Assembly (NCBI GenBank): GCA_000708835.1
Contig: DF237330.1
Coordinates: 1 to 64,000 of the forward strand
Reading direction: 5' to 3'
Source: Klebsormidium nitens
Lineage: Eukaryota; Plantae; Klebsormidiophyceae
Length of the DNA: 64,000 bases
A program made the position numbers and the translations under genes. Shown one piece after another: positions 49,501 through 62,224 of the stretch. Each line of letters opens with the position of its first letter. Positions within the stretch are counted from its first letter, which is position 1. The notes below the pieces were generated by a model that was not told the DNA's origin, did no database searches, and saw only the letters and a list, made by a program, of their open reading frames with translations.

Positions 49501-52295
49501 CTAGTGGCCTGTACAATGAATGTTACGAAAGCTAAACCAACCAATCGCTTGTGACGCGAATTGAAAGCTCTTTTCAATAACGTACTTCTTTTCATCTTGC
49601 GAAGCTCGTACTTCTCGTTATAACTGGAGAATGAGTCCCCATGAGAACTTCTTAAGTCTAGGAAGCCCCTTTATGGAGCATACGGCACTATGAGAAGGAC
49701 CAGGTTGAAGCAAGTAACTCTTTATGCAGCGAAAAGCTTTTTGACCAACATGTCATCCCGTCTCCAGGTAAACGGGAACAGCGTCCCCGTAAAAACGGTC
49801 CTTTGCAATGCCGACGTCGTTGAGATCCTGGAGTACGAGGGCGACAAGCGAAAGGCCTTCCGCCGACATCAGCAGTGGCTAAAGGACGCCAGAACGCGCA
49901 GCGCCCGGCACAAGCTGACGAAATACCTGCGCGAGACGGGCGTCACGCTCGGGGAGGAGTTAACCGGGGACTTGGTTAAGGAGTTTGTGTTAGAAGACGG
50001 GGCGGGGTCGTGGTCCGAACTGGTCGAGAGCAGCTCGTCCGGGGAAGACTCGGACGGCGTCTCGGACGGTGTGAAAAGGCGCGGGGCCGGTGTGAACGGG
50101 CACGGGGTGGAGTCGTTCGACACGCAGATAGACGAGGAGGAGAAACGGCTGCTCGCGCAACGGATCGAAGAGGAGGAACGGCGGGTTAATGAACGGTTAG
50201 CGAGCAACGGGGCCGCATCCCCAAGCTCGAACGGGCGGGTTAAGGTAAACGGGTTTGCGCGGCCCGGGGGATCCCCCAAAGGAGAAAACGAAGCGGAAAA
50301 CGAGGCGGGGGTGGTGTTCCGGGGGCATCAGCACCGGCAGCTGACGCAGTGGCACGAAGAGGGGGAGGCGAGCGTGATGTGGTTGGACGTCCGGTGTATG
50401 GACCGAAAAGGTGAGCCGCCTGCTTTTATCTGGTCGGCGAACGAGACCCGGTTCACAAAGAAAGGACCCGTTAGCATTGTCGATTGGCGAGACTCGGTCT
50501 GAAAAGGAAGGACCCGAGATTGTCAAGTGAGCGCCCGCTTGCATTCGGCGGAGAGGTCGTACCGTAAGCTTGAATACCTGGATGTCAGGATTGCAGTTTT
50601 GTGTCTGCATGTAGTCCAGAAACTTAAAAGAAAGCTCAAGCGAGACCCGGGTGTCGGTGCTGAGAATAGAACCGCCGATCACGTATGAGCTTCTCAATGT
50701 GGACGTCTGCAAGCAAGACTGAAGCTTGCATGATTTTGTGTGTATGAAGTTCTGATGAACTTACTGAAAGGTGGACTTGTCTGTCCATATTTTTACGACA
50801 AAAGAAGCACGAGTTACCTGCCTTAAGATCTGGTTGGGAAACGGAGGCCTATACGCAGGGGTTTCTTCTGCTATTCGAAAGAGTCTTCTGCTGTGCAGTA
50901 ATTCTCCTCCCACCATCTTCCATTGTTTGCCCAAGTGCAAGCTTCGAACTCCGACCCCTTTTGATCCTTGCTCCCAGTCCCTAGTAGGATGAGCTTCACT
51001 TAAAGGGACGCGATAGTGGGTTCCCTCCCTGGCTGCAGCTCATCGAGCTTTTCTCTTTCTGAAAGATTGTCGTCAATGCAGTAGAGGCAGAACCATATCC
51101 AGGTTAAGTCTTCAAACCCTATCCATCACTCCGGAGGCCCTGAAATTGAAAGCCGCAATTCTCATCAATCACGACCGCAGTATTTGTCTGCGGCTCATGA
51201 AGGTTGACTTATTCTGGCCACAGGTCTTCTAGCGGACGTTTCTCAGATCCTGTCCGCATCCGGGTTCAGCATCAAATCCTACACCGGGCACACCGTCCGG
51301 GGGTACGGGATGATGCTGTTTGGGATCGAGCTGGAGGTCAGCCAGCAAACCAACGTGGACAAGATGGTAAGCGCTTCTGTTCTCTAGGGTTTTGCCCTCA
51401 GGAGGGGTCGTCGGGGCCCGATTTTGTAGCGACACTTTTGCAGCATTTAGTGTCTGGTTTTTTGCCGCTGACGTCCAATTTGTGTCAAAACCAAGCCGTT
51501 GCCCTCATGTCCCTAACGGAAGGGTTATGCATCACTGATGCCCCGTGAATAGCCAACACAGAACTCTGTTGCTTGGGTTTGAGGTGGAGGTTTACCGGCA
51601 CACCAACGTGACCACTATGGTTAGCGCTTGAGCGCTTGAGTCCTATTCTCAACACTTGTGTTTGTTTGGTCGCTAAGCCAGCGAATCTAGTACCCAACAG
51701 ACAACTCTAACGTGGCCAAACCGGTACGCGATCAAGGCTATCATTGATTGCATTAGTTGTCGTACCTTTAAGGACGCTGTCTGTTTTGAGCCCGGAGGGT
51801 ACCCACCGATGGTTCATTGGAAACGAAACGGTGAACGTCGAGTCCATTCCTGGACCCCGTTTTAGTTTCTGCGTTTGGGTTTGGGATGCAGCTTTGCCCG
51901 CAAAGTAATGGGAATCTCTGGTTTTGAATCTTGCTCTCTGCTTTTGCACTGGAGAGGAAAGTGCGAAACAGAAATAAGTGGTAAATCTCCACAAATCCCT
52001 CGTAGTTCCAGGTTGTACTGTATCTGCTTGATGGAATTTTTGGTAGGCATGCCCCCAAAGGGCTTAAGACGGTATGCTTGGTATGGTCAAAATGGTTGAA
52101 AGCACCTCATTGCTCGCAGTGGCCGGATTCGTGCAGAATTTTGCATCCTGGTTGGTCACCCGAAAGATCCTCACATTGTGGCAACTCCTTCCGCAGGCGA
52201 CTGTGCTACAAGAAGTTCTGAGGGTCCAAAATGTGACCGGTTGGTACATCGGTTGCACGCTACGGCAAGCCTCGTTGATGTCGAAGAGCAAGTAG
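40582..52295 (+). CDS. RSH1: RelA/SpoT homologue of the RSH1 clade (HD hydrolase, degenerate synthetase, TGS, ACT), about 908 aa
   Basis: Exons 40582-40627 (least certain), 41445-41776, 42312-42377, 42804-42896, 43313-43546, 44002-44079, 45155-45366, 45982-46105, 46662-46898, 47561-47669, 48270-48580, 49768-50410, 51224-51366, 52197-52295, phase-consistent. Motifs: VTPQTLWQGLKP, AHDGQRRKSGEPYIIHP, AGLLHDTVED, KLADRLHNMRTL, LCKEAYSIYK, KDYIATAKPNGYRSLHT, WLDSIREWQEEFVGNMTAREFVDTITGDL, LPKGATVIDYA, DRKGLLADVS, VTGWYIGC. Confidence 0.92.
44455..45154 (+). repeat. Four tandem copies of the RSH1 exon-7 acceptor plus the first about 100 nt of the exon
   Basis: ag|CACTACATCGCCGACGAGACGCTGCG.. copies begin at 44455, 44659, 44826 and 44999; the true exon begins at 45155. 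Similarity rises toward the true exon. Confidence 0.9.
46470..47225 (+). repeat. Echoes flanking RSH1 exon 9 (one acceptor copy, two donor copies)
   Basis: cag|ttgcgcatcattctggagcccaaacc at 46485 versus the true start at 46662. ccgttgattccgct.aaggtgcag|gta at about 47032-47060 and 47195-47222 versus the true donor at 46898. Confidence 0.85.
48660..49240 (+). repeat. Four decayed copies of the RSH1 exon-11 end plus donor
   Basis: cagatggcgaataggatggtcggagcgaag|gtgagggcgtg (true donor 48580) is echoed with donors near 48746, 48894, 49064 and 49223 (about 150-170 bp period). Confidence 0.85.
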
Positions 52296-54159
52296 AAAAA
52301 GCATAGGAAAACGTGTTGATTGGTCTTGGTATGGCTTCCCGCACGCACCGAGATGCAAACGTAATCCTCTGGTTGTACCTGTAAATATGAACGTGTTCAT
52401 TGCTTTTGAAGACAACCATTCTAGCTTATGTCGCACAAGAGCGGTGTGTGTGCGGTCTGGACCTGCTCATCCAGTGGATGAATTGGCGTCTCATCTCATC
52501 ATGCGCGAACTTGGGGTAGGATACTCACGACCGCTGGTAAATTTTCCTATGCAGTCGCCATGATCATTGCATGCCATGGATTGCCATGCAGTCAATGGAT
52601 GCCAGGACGATCTGAGCCAGGCAACTGAGTCCAACTAAAAACAAGTAATTTGCACATTGATTCGATCTCATGCAAGATGGCCTACATCAGCAGCAGCTGA
52701 GGGGAGTAGCATTAAATGTATCATATCATTCGCACTAATTACATATTGTCGGTCGTACTGAGTCTCTTAATTTTGGCAATGATTGTCGCGCTGCGCCATG
52801 CTTCTGGAGTGGGCCAGCGCATGCAGGCCGGCACTTGATTACGTCGTCCTTTTCGATCCAAGTGAAACACTTCGCCGTTACACTGCAAACTTTTATGCAG
52901 ACTGGGGCGGCAATACGTGACTTGACGTGTTGACAAGATGAATGCATGCCTTATAGCACTAGGAAGCGACTCGGAATCGAAAGGTCTTGGGGAACGCTGA
53001 AGAAAGTCACTTGCAAGTAATACCGTACAGGCTGCTGCATGAAATGTTCTCGTTCTGATTAAGTATAGTCTGCTCAATAAGTCAACATTGCAGAATGTTG
53101 AGTAGCCGCCTGAGTCGGAGGCAAAGGTGACTTCGCGGGCAACTACTTTCTGGTGGTGGTGCGCGCTAGCTAGATAGTATAGATAGTCGCCGGCCGATTT
53201 GCATGCGGATGCTGTATAAGCAGCTAGCCGCCTAGAGTACCTGAAGTCTGGTCAATTGAAGAATGATCAACTCGAGTCGAAGCAAAAAGCATCATAAGAC
53301 AGACCCATGTTTAAAGTCGATGCTTCTTCGAAACCCAAATCCAATGATCCTAGGAGCATCGGATGCTCGGATGCTAATTGGTTCAACACCTGGTGGACGA
53401 CGGAACATTTAAGCGCCTAAGTACGTAAGTATAGTCTAAGTTGTCAAAGATAGCCCTAAAAGGGACGAGTTCTAAAGCTTGATGACGAGATACGAAGAGC
53501 ATTCAGGATCCCAAATTGGGTACTAGGAATGAAGCGAAGAAAAGCGAAAAGAGGAAGCACAATCTTTCCGAGCATTGAGTCAAGTCAGAACGGTGTTATG
53601 AGTTCTCAATCAATCCCGTGTACGGTAGGGCCGAGTTTAACCCGCGTACGCGTGTCCTCTGGGAATGGCGTGTTCTTGTCGCGGTGCGCGCGCGCCATAT
53701 CATATCGCGCCTAAACCGTGACCGGTAGCGAGCAGTGCTTCGCCTTCTTATACCTGCGCGCAATATCGAGCTTAATCCATCAAATATTGCTATGAAGGGA
53801 ACCCGTGATGTCTGGCCGTTTTCCTCCTCTTAAGCCAGCATGCAATTAAAATCTGAGGCCTCGTATAAATCAATCTGAGGCCATAGAAATGCATTCGAAG
53901 CTGGCTACGTCGGGCATTAGCGTACTGGAATAAGCCAGCTAGCGCCTTTTCCCGCCTTTGTGTCATAGATTCACTAGATAGATTGTTCCTGCGGCCTTTA
54001 TCACATGCTGGTGAAAGTGAATCCTTATGGCAGAAGTTTCCAATGACGTACCTGCCAGTGGAGAGGGAGGAAAGATTGGGAATCGTAAGAAAATCTCGGT
54101 CAGGTCTTGGTCTTGTTGGCCGGGGTCTTCTGACTTGTGCCAGAGTCGCCGGACATAAC

Positions 54160-54620
54160 ATGCCAGGGTACCCGGTACGCGTATACCTGATGACCACTGA
54201 GGGAGGGGCGGTCACTCTCTTAGTGGTGGAATATAGCCGCGTCCGCTCCTTCGCAGCAAGGACCCTGAGCCTCGACTCGTCACGAAACTCCCCAAAGTGT
54301 GGATCCTGTACATTCACGTATCAAAACCGTACACACCGTGTTCGTGTACGCCTTGTGTACGAGGCTGATGCAGGGCCTGTGACACGTGTACGAGATCGGC
54401 ATGTCGTACCCGGCGTGCACAGGAGAGGCATGGTGCTGTCCGTATGCAGCTCATGTACCAGAATGACATGCGAATGATGCAAGCTGATGTGGCCGAGTCC
54501 CGGCCGTGCCGAACTTGTACACGTTTTGCACACAAAACGTGCAGTTCTGACGTGCCCACTGTCCGGGCTGACACGTTCGATAAATAGCTTCACGAGGAGT
54601 TCCTACGTTGTACGCTTACA
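54160..54620. promoter_or_regulatory. GTAC-dense tract with a small hairpin, downstream of the transposase
   Basis: 11 GTAC in about 445 bp. Perfect 9-bp stem cacgttttg (54520-54528), loop caca, caaaacgtg (54533-54541). Confidence 0.35.
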
Positions 54621-54947
54621 TCCTTTATCAGACAGTAAACAGACTTCGTTCTTTGTAAGCAATCGAGGGCTGGTTTTTGATAAGGTGGGCGGCACGGAAA
54701 CATCCATTCGATGCAACTCAGCTTGTACAAGGTGCAATGGTCCAGAATCCATTCACGCTTGAATCATTGATTCACTTTGATGTGGCACCTGACGCCGGGC
54801 TGAAACGGAGCCAAACCGGGACACATATCGAAAAACTTGCAGCATGATTTGAGAGAAGGGAGCGCCAGGAAGGTCCACGAACCGATTAATGTACAAAGGA
54901 GCCACCTTGCGAGCCTGCAACGTAGCTTCGTTGTCTTATGATTCTGA

Positions 54948-57900
54948 TCAGGACTCGACTTTGTACCACTTGAATCGACTCAAGTAGAAGCTTTCCCCTG
55001 AGTCGTCAGCGAAATCCGGAGCTATGTACACCATTCGCAGGATGCTATCCAACTCAATGACGTCGTAGAAGTCTTTTTGCTGTCCACCGGAGGTATACTT
55101 CTCCCACTTCAATTGCCTGCAAGTCCTTGCATCGAGTCTGTCCGAACCGTTTGCCCTCTTTTGTACCTTGTAGTATCGAACAAACGCAAGCTCTCTGGTC
55201 TTTCCGTGCTGATCGACCAGAGAAAACAAGAGTCGGAGTTGCCCGTAATACTCTGGCCCTTCCGGGTCATCTTCGGCCGCTTTGATTGCCACGTCGTTGT
55301 AGTACGGCCGCTCATCGCTGAATGAGACCGCCGCGCGGGCGTGCATCACCGTCGGCTGGAAGCGCGCTCCAATACCTGGAGCGATAGCGGCAGCGTTCGC
55401 CACGTGCACCTGGCAAATGGTTGTGAAGCGGTCAATGAGCAAAATGACCGGAATAGATCCAGGTTTACAAGAAACGGAACGAATCTTGGAAGCCAGACGT
55501 GTCAAACTCAGCTCTTTCATTCAAGGGTCATCGCTTTGGATTCGGTTGCAGCCTTCGCACTCAGCCTTCGCACTCAGTGATGTCCTAGAAGTCAGTTAGA
55601 AACACGGGAACGGACTTCGATTCGAACCGGTCGAAGATAGAGAGCGCCGCGGTTCAATCGAAGGAAAAGTCTATAGAGAAATCTGTAAAGTACTGCTTCA
55701 AGTCCACAAATGCAAGGAATTACACTACTTCATTTCCAGGCCAGATTTGCAACCAATTCTTTATGCCTTCTGTGACTGGTCATCAGCTTCTACCAAAAAA
55801 AACCTACCTCGGAATTCAGGCAATTGGGCTGGTTTACTAGCAAGGCACCACCTCCTCGCACGCCGTGAAGCCCGCCCGCCAAGAAGACACGTGTACGTCG
55901 CTCCAGCTGTCGCAGCTCCGGTTGCGCTGCAACCCGAGCAGCAACAATATCGCGCGTCTCTGTGGAGCGGGGCAGGTCGGTGGCGGTCTCCACTCCGCCT
56001 GGCTGCAGCCATGCCCATTTGAAGGTCGTTCGGGTACTTTGAAGTGTGTGTCCGACAGCCAAGGCCTGCAAACAAAACTAATCCAGTTACATGGTCACGA
56101 AACGGACGCCGGAAGACTGCCTATCAGGTTGTTACCTGTTTGCAGGAAGAAGCTGCCGCAAAATGCATCCAGCGCAAGACCCACATTGAAGGAGAAGTAG
56201 AGCCGTGCACCGGGCGACGTGTTCTTTCAACGCCCACGTGGCCAGCGACTTTAGTGACCGACAAAATGGGCTCCTTTGAAAAGGTTCAGGAATGTTCCGT
56301 CACAATCCTGGTCACTCGCAAGAATGGTCGTGAAATCAACGAGGCCAGACAAACAAAAGCAAAGAGGTTGATGGAATGAGGGGTTCTTGTCCAAAATCTC
56401 TGCATAAACTTCGCTCAGTTGATGCAAGCGTCTTGAAAGCATCTTCTCAGAAAGCCAGCCAGAAATAAAGTATACGGGTTCAAGGGAGGCTCACCTGCCG
56501 GGAAACCACGGTCTGGTGCCGAACTTTGGGAGGGTCCCGCACGAAACTGCCTCCGTAAAAGGAAATGCGGTCCGATATGTTTTCCCGTCGTTGATTGTGG
56601 CGAACAATCTGCAGAAGATGCGAAGTACTTCTTGAGACAGAATTGCAGAATCACAGAATCCCAGAATCACCGCCTCTGCACATGACATTTACGTTCTAGC
56701 TTCGAGTTCCCCAATAGCATTTTAAAGCGACAAAGCCCTCACAGCACGACTTAGTCCTGAGAAGATCGAAACCGACAACGGTAGGAGGAAGCGCAAACGA
56801 CCAAGCCTCACTGATGCGAGAGTGGAAGCAAAAGAAACGCTCAGCACGACTTCCCAGATGTAAAACTCCTACGGCGAAGCCGGTGATCTTGAGCGTGGGG
56901 AATCTGCTCACGTGTCAGCAAGCTCAATCAGACTGAGTTAAATGTCGAAGCACATCGTCGGAGGGATACGAAACTTACGGCTCAGAATCAGAATTTGTTC
57001 ACAGAGGAGTAGGCATGTTAGCAGAAAAGCGGAAAAGCGGAAAGAGGGAACAACGGACAGCGAGTAGTGGTCCTGAAAACGTGGCCGCAAGAGCAGCGAC
57101 TGAAAGGAAATTCCGTTTCTGCTCCGTTGCACATGGGATTCGCAGGACACCGGTGGCCGGAAGCTGAAAGGCCACAGCGAAAACTCCTCAAGATAGAGAC
57201 GGCTGGTGGCAACTTCACCAGCCATCTCGGATGGATTGAAGGGAGCTCCGTTACAAGAATAGAACTGACACTTGCGGCGAGACCGAATGTTACGGAAGAG
57301 GTTCATTGCCACGGTGACGGACTTACGTAGGATTGCGTTTTCTCGATCGCAATGGTGGGCGGGAAGTCCGATGAAAAACAAGATCTTGAATTAAAGAAGG
57401 ATCCAAGTTTACATAGTTACCTGTCCCTCTGCGTTTCTCTTGTTCGACATTCTGTACGGCTTTTTGGACGTTTGGCCGTGGAAGCTTTCTCCCGAATCCG
57501 TGTCCAGGTGCTTGAGCAAGCCGTTCTGCCAGATGTTGTCGGGATAGTGCGGGATCTGGTGGAACTTAATAAAGTTCCACTCGGACTTCTGGTATTCGCC
57601 GAAGGTATCAAGAGCGGATTGTCCGAATCTGAACGAGGAATTAAGTCCGCCCTTCAATTGAGGACATTAACAAAGCGTTTATGACCAGAAACTGATCATC
57701 AGATCAACGTTGGGGTCTCTCGGGAAGCTTCGAAAACTCGATCTCTAGGATGTCTTCGAAAGGAAGGCTGGGCACACAGAATGGCTGAGAATTTGCCGCC
57801 AAACATGCATTTTCAAATAGAGAAGCGTGTCTGGACGCACCAGTTTTGGCTTCCACACTGATCGGCCACTGATTGAGCAAGAGAGCAAGGAGCTCGGCAG

Positions 57901-60900
57901 GTCCTTAGCAATGATTGTTCAAGTAAAAGAGTGCTCAGAGAAGCGTTTTTAAGTTTCACCTGAGTCCCAGCTCTCGACACTCCTCCAGGCTCTTCTCGGT
58001 GTGGTACTGAGGGCGGTTGCGGCAGGTAAGCAGCATGTACCAGTCCAAGAAGCTGACGAAAACGTCGGTGACAGGATCACTGCCGTTGACTTCTTCGAAC
58101 AACCCATTGATGGCAAAGACGAAGACCTGCTCGTGTTGATTGTGCGAGAATCAGAAAAGACAAATGTGACGCTGAAATGGTGCAAGTCATGGAAGACATG
58201 TCACACCGGCCCCGACCTCCTCAAGATATTTTTGTTGTAGATATAAGTTTGAACGTTGAGATCGCTTGTTCGGACACAAAAACACAAAGCCTTGCTTTGT
58301 CACAAGCAATCAACCATTCAAAACTTTGTGACAGCAGAAGCAGTGATCACAGCTTTGAACCTTGTTACCGAGCTTTGCGATCGAGCCTGTTTTGGTTACA
58401 TGTACTTCTTGAAGAAGGGACTCTGCAACCTGATCATTTGCCCGCTTCTCTCCATCAAAACTTTTCGAGCTGAGACGACCATGAGAAAGATAAGAAATCA
58501 GTCAGGAGTCGGAGGTTCCAGCTTGTCCTAATAAAAGCTTCGCTAAAGTACCTATTGTAAACTCGAAGATGACTTGCCTGCATCACGTTGCGTTGCTCAA
58601 AAGCTTTAAATTTCTTCGTGCTTCGCACGTATCTTCCTCGGCCAGGGACACGGAAGCCTGGGAATCGTGGCATCGATCGAAGGCGGGAGTCGATAAGCCT
58701 GAGCTTGCGAGCGCCTTCTCGTGGGCTGTACTTGGCCTTCACGTACTCACGTAATGCGTTCAAAAGATGGACCCATAAGCCGAGATCGATGCCATGGAGT
58801 GTGTCGGGGGCGAACGCATTGAAGCTATTGCGAAGTTCAGATGGCACCTCTGGAACCAGATCCGTGAAGAAGTCCCAGAGAGGCCCCTGCCAGGTGAAAA
58901 GGTTTTCCAATCAACCCTTGCCGCGGTTTTGAATGTAACCACTCGCCGGTCGTCTTCCTCAACGACCCCTCCAAAAGTGAAAACTTCATCATTGGCTCCA
59001 ACCTAAGTAGAATTTTAATTTGCAGACGGATGCAAAGCCTGAAGAGCGGCAACAACAGTCGGACAAACGCTCTCGACGGCGAGAAGATTTCTTGCACTTT
59101 TGAACATTTGACTCGTTTTGCGCCGGGTACGCCTGCGTTGTCACATTGCCAGGCCTAGCTTTAGAGCTGTAGCCTGTGACTTTCAAACTTGACCTATAAA
59201 GTGTGGACACTTACCTTCATGGCAATCGGAACACCAGCGTCCTCTAGCAGCTTCTTTGCCCGAGCAATCTCTTGTCGGTTTCCGGCCAACTCGACGGACT
59301 TAAAATGCTCAATGACGCGCCTTGTGAAGACCTCAGTGCGCGCTTTAAAGTTCACATCCAAAGCATTCAGGCGGGACGGAGCAGCTAAGCATTGCAGGCA
59401 ACGCCCACTTCGCACAAAGGCAACGTAGTAATGTTCCTGAAGGTCGGCAACGTAGGAGTGCAGATATGGAAACACGCAGACACGCGCCCCATAGGGGTCG
59501 GTCATCCACACTCCCCTGCAGATGGGAGGAAACAAGACCGCTTCAGTACTGTGGACACAGAGTAGAGTCTCTCGATTGGCGCTTGAGAACACGGTAGACT
59601 GTCGGTCCCCCTCACACCCGTTCTGGTTACGTGTAGAACGCGCTTCACAGCCCCGTGAAACACCCGACAGAATTTTGATCAGCCCCAGGTCTTTTAGATG
59701 CCTCCAGCACTCCATTCAAGGTGCGCGCTGGAAGCATTGGATTTCTAGAGACTCTCTCCAGCCAATGTTGGACAGTCCCCGGGCTGTTGATCGAGGCTCT
59801 GGACAGCGCTCAAGTTTAGTGGCACGCTGGACGAGGCTCACAGCCCGGAGGAATTACCACTCTCCAATAGCCCCGGGCTATGAGTTGCTTACTAACTTGG
59901 CAGCGCGCGCTGGTCCGCTGGATCTGGACATTAGCAGCCCGGGGGAACAATCCTTCCTGCCGTGAATTGATCAGACATAATCTTTTTATGAGGAAACAGC
60001 CCCTCAGAACCTGCTCACCTTGAGCTTGCCTCCTTGAGAGGAGTTAACCAAAGTGTTAACTGTTGGTACATGAGGAACATCTTCCGGCTCGTCCAATTGA
60101 CGGTGTCTCGTATCAGCCCTGAAGAGACGAAGATGCCTTGCAAACAGTCAATGGCCAAGCTTTACGGTCTTTGAAAGATTGGGTGCCCAAGTTCTGCTTG
60201 AATTTGATGGCGTAACTGCATTTTTTTGAACAGTCGGATTCTATAAAAGACAAACCGTAAGAGGAGGCTTTCTCAAAGAACATTGACAAACCACAGTCCT
60301 TGCGAAAAAAGACAATTAACATCATTCTCCAATCTGCTGGATGACGAGCCGACTTCCAAATTTTAGCCGAATCCAATCAGAAGGAAAGCGCACCATGCCA
60401 AAGTAGCTAGCATAGCAAATTGACCTCAATGCTTACCATGCTCTGGCTGCTCTTTGAGCTGTGCAAAGTAAGCTGCCAGCTCGGACCCAACTCCGAGGCG
60501 CCGTTGCATCTCGAGATCAGCATTTTTGATGGCCAGGAGCCCGGCCCAGCCAGATGTGTGCAAGTCATTGGAGACAGCAGTCTTGTCGCTATACGGAGAG
60601 ACCGCGAGTAGCACCGCATCCTCTGGAATATACTTCTGAGACAAAAGACAAAACGCATAAGTTCGGTCTAGTGGACGCGAAGCTCATACCGCAGGATGGG
60701 CATTGACAGCCTAGCAGGATTGCGCTGAATCGAGGTCGACTCGGCTGAGATCTACAGCCTCCATCCAGACTAAGCACGCTACCAGATCACCAAGACATCG
60801 TACCATGGCCAACACCATGTTCCAAGTGACCCAGATGCTTCAGCAACAGCCTTCTGTTTGCAGATTACTTCAAAAGCTAGGCCATCGAAGTGCAAAAGAG

Positions 60901-62224
60901 GAGTTCATGAAGAAGGGAAGGACTTGTTTACCTGGAGGTTTATCATCTTCTCAGCGGACGAGGCATCTGTTATACAACGGTCTCCCGCATTGTTGAATTC
61001 TTTCCGCGCGCTGAGTTTTATATGGCCACGCAGTTCGGGATTAGCGAACATCCTTCGTAGCAGCTCAATAGGATCTTTGCGGCGGAACCAAAGGTCTTGG
61101 TGATCAGAAGGGAGCCTCATGTTTTCCACAATAAAGCCCTGCAACCAGGAACGGAATTATTCGAGCACCATGCCTCAACGATGAACAATATCAGCTGCGC
61201 AAAGGCTTGCTTTGGGAATCAGAGTGTCACAAAAGTGCCTCAACTTGAGGATTAAGTGCCCCTGCTTGTCAGAGAGACATTTTGCACAACTCTTGGTGTC
61301 TTTGCTAGAGGATGTAAAATAGAAAAAGGGGACTCTGAATCTGGTCCCAACACATCACTAAAAATAAAGAACAAGCTGGAGCTGACAACCTTGTGGAGTT
61401 TTTGAGCTGCAACATGAGCCAGTTCTGAGCAGCATGCGGTGCCATCAGAACAGACAGCTCAAAAGAAACAAAGACCTGCTCACCTCGCTGTCCACATGAG
61501 GGGTGTCCTGATACTTCCTCAATTCTCTTGAGTTTGAGAACGCTGCCCTCCACTCCTCTTGGTTAAAGTCTGGATGTAAAAGAATGCGCAAGAGCCAGTC
61601 TGCCTCGCTGTTGGAAGACCCGCTGCCCTGACCATTGTTTGTGAGGAAGTTTGCAACCTCCACTGAGGTTTTAAATCCCCGAGGCACAGCGTCATCATCT
61701 GGCTCAGGGTGCGGGCCGTTGCCGCCCCCACCACCAAGCCTATCATGGGACTTGAGCCACTCTTCTGGATCAAAAGGAAGCAAGGGTCTAGGAGCCTCAA
61801 AACCATCTTCAGCAGCAGAGAAGGGGTCTCTGTCCTCGTCCGAGCTGGATTCTGAAGCGGAGCTGCTAGATTCATCGTCGCTAAGCTCAAAATCATTGGC
61901 AGCTGCAGCCCCAGAGTTTTGTTCAGGCTCATGGTCTAGGGGGTCTGATCGGAAGCTTTGTTGATCTAAAGACTGGCTGGCTGCAGGAGGGGTGCCTAAG
62001 GGATGCACTGAACCAGCGGGCGCTTGACCCTGTTGGCGATCAGCAGCGATGCGAGCTGCCGCCTCCGGAACTTCTGGCCTATCTTGCACTAGCTGTTGTG
62101 GTGGGTGCCAGCCATCAGGCAATCCACCTTGTCCACATGCTCCAAGGCCCCGTCGATGGTTGCCGAGACTCTGAGAAGTGTCAAACTTTTTTCCACAAAT
62201 TGGGCAGGGGAAATTGCTGTCCAT
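54948..62224 (-). CDS. Plavaka-type (CMC/CACTA-related) DDE transposase with an N-terminal zinc finger and a C-terminal BAH-like domain, about 1021 aa, 11 exons, no stops or frameshifts after splicing
   Basis: Exons 62224-61484, 61138-60932, 60635-60437, 60118-60019, 59515-59215, 58886-58578 (GC donor gcaagt), 58126-57960, 57628-57421, 56608-56495, 56065-55808, 55409-54948; 3066 nt in total, in frame. Motifs: CPICGKKFDTSQSLGNH; WFRRKDPIELLRRMFANP; AVSPYSDKT; LTPLKEASSRGVWMTDPYG..VFPYLHSYVADLQE..RCLQC; PDTLHGIDLG; IDSRLRSMPRFPGFR; NFIKFHQIPHYPDNI..DTDSGESFH..KKPYRMSNKR; YYGQLRLLFS..VIELDSILRMVYIAPDF. Confidence 0.85.
54948..62224 (-). mobile_element. Putative Plavaka/CACTA-like DNA transposon (minimum span; termini not identified)
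   Basis: Intact transposase gene as above. I could not pair terminal inverted repeats or a target-site duplication inside the window, so it may be larger than shown or domesticated. Confidence 0.6.

Noticed and set aside
54511-54550. Hairpin as a Helitron 3' end or terminator
   Set aside because: No CTRR at the expected spacing, no U-tract and no Rep/helicase sequence nearby.
58887-59010. Apparent frameshift in the transposase between the 58760-58942 and 58455-58910 ORFs
   Set aside because: Resolved by the acceptor ccttttcacctggcag ending at 58887; this sequence is intronic.
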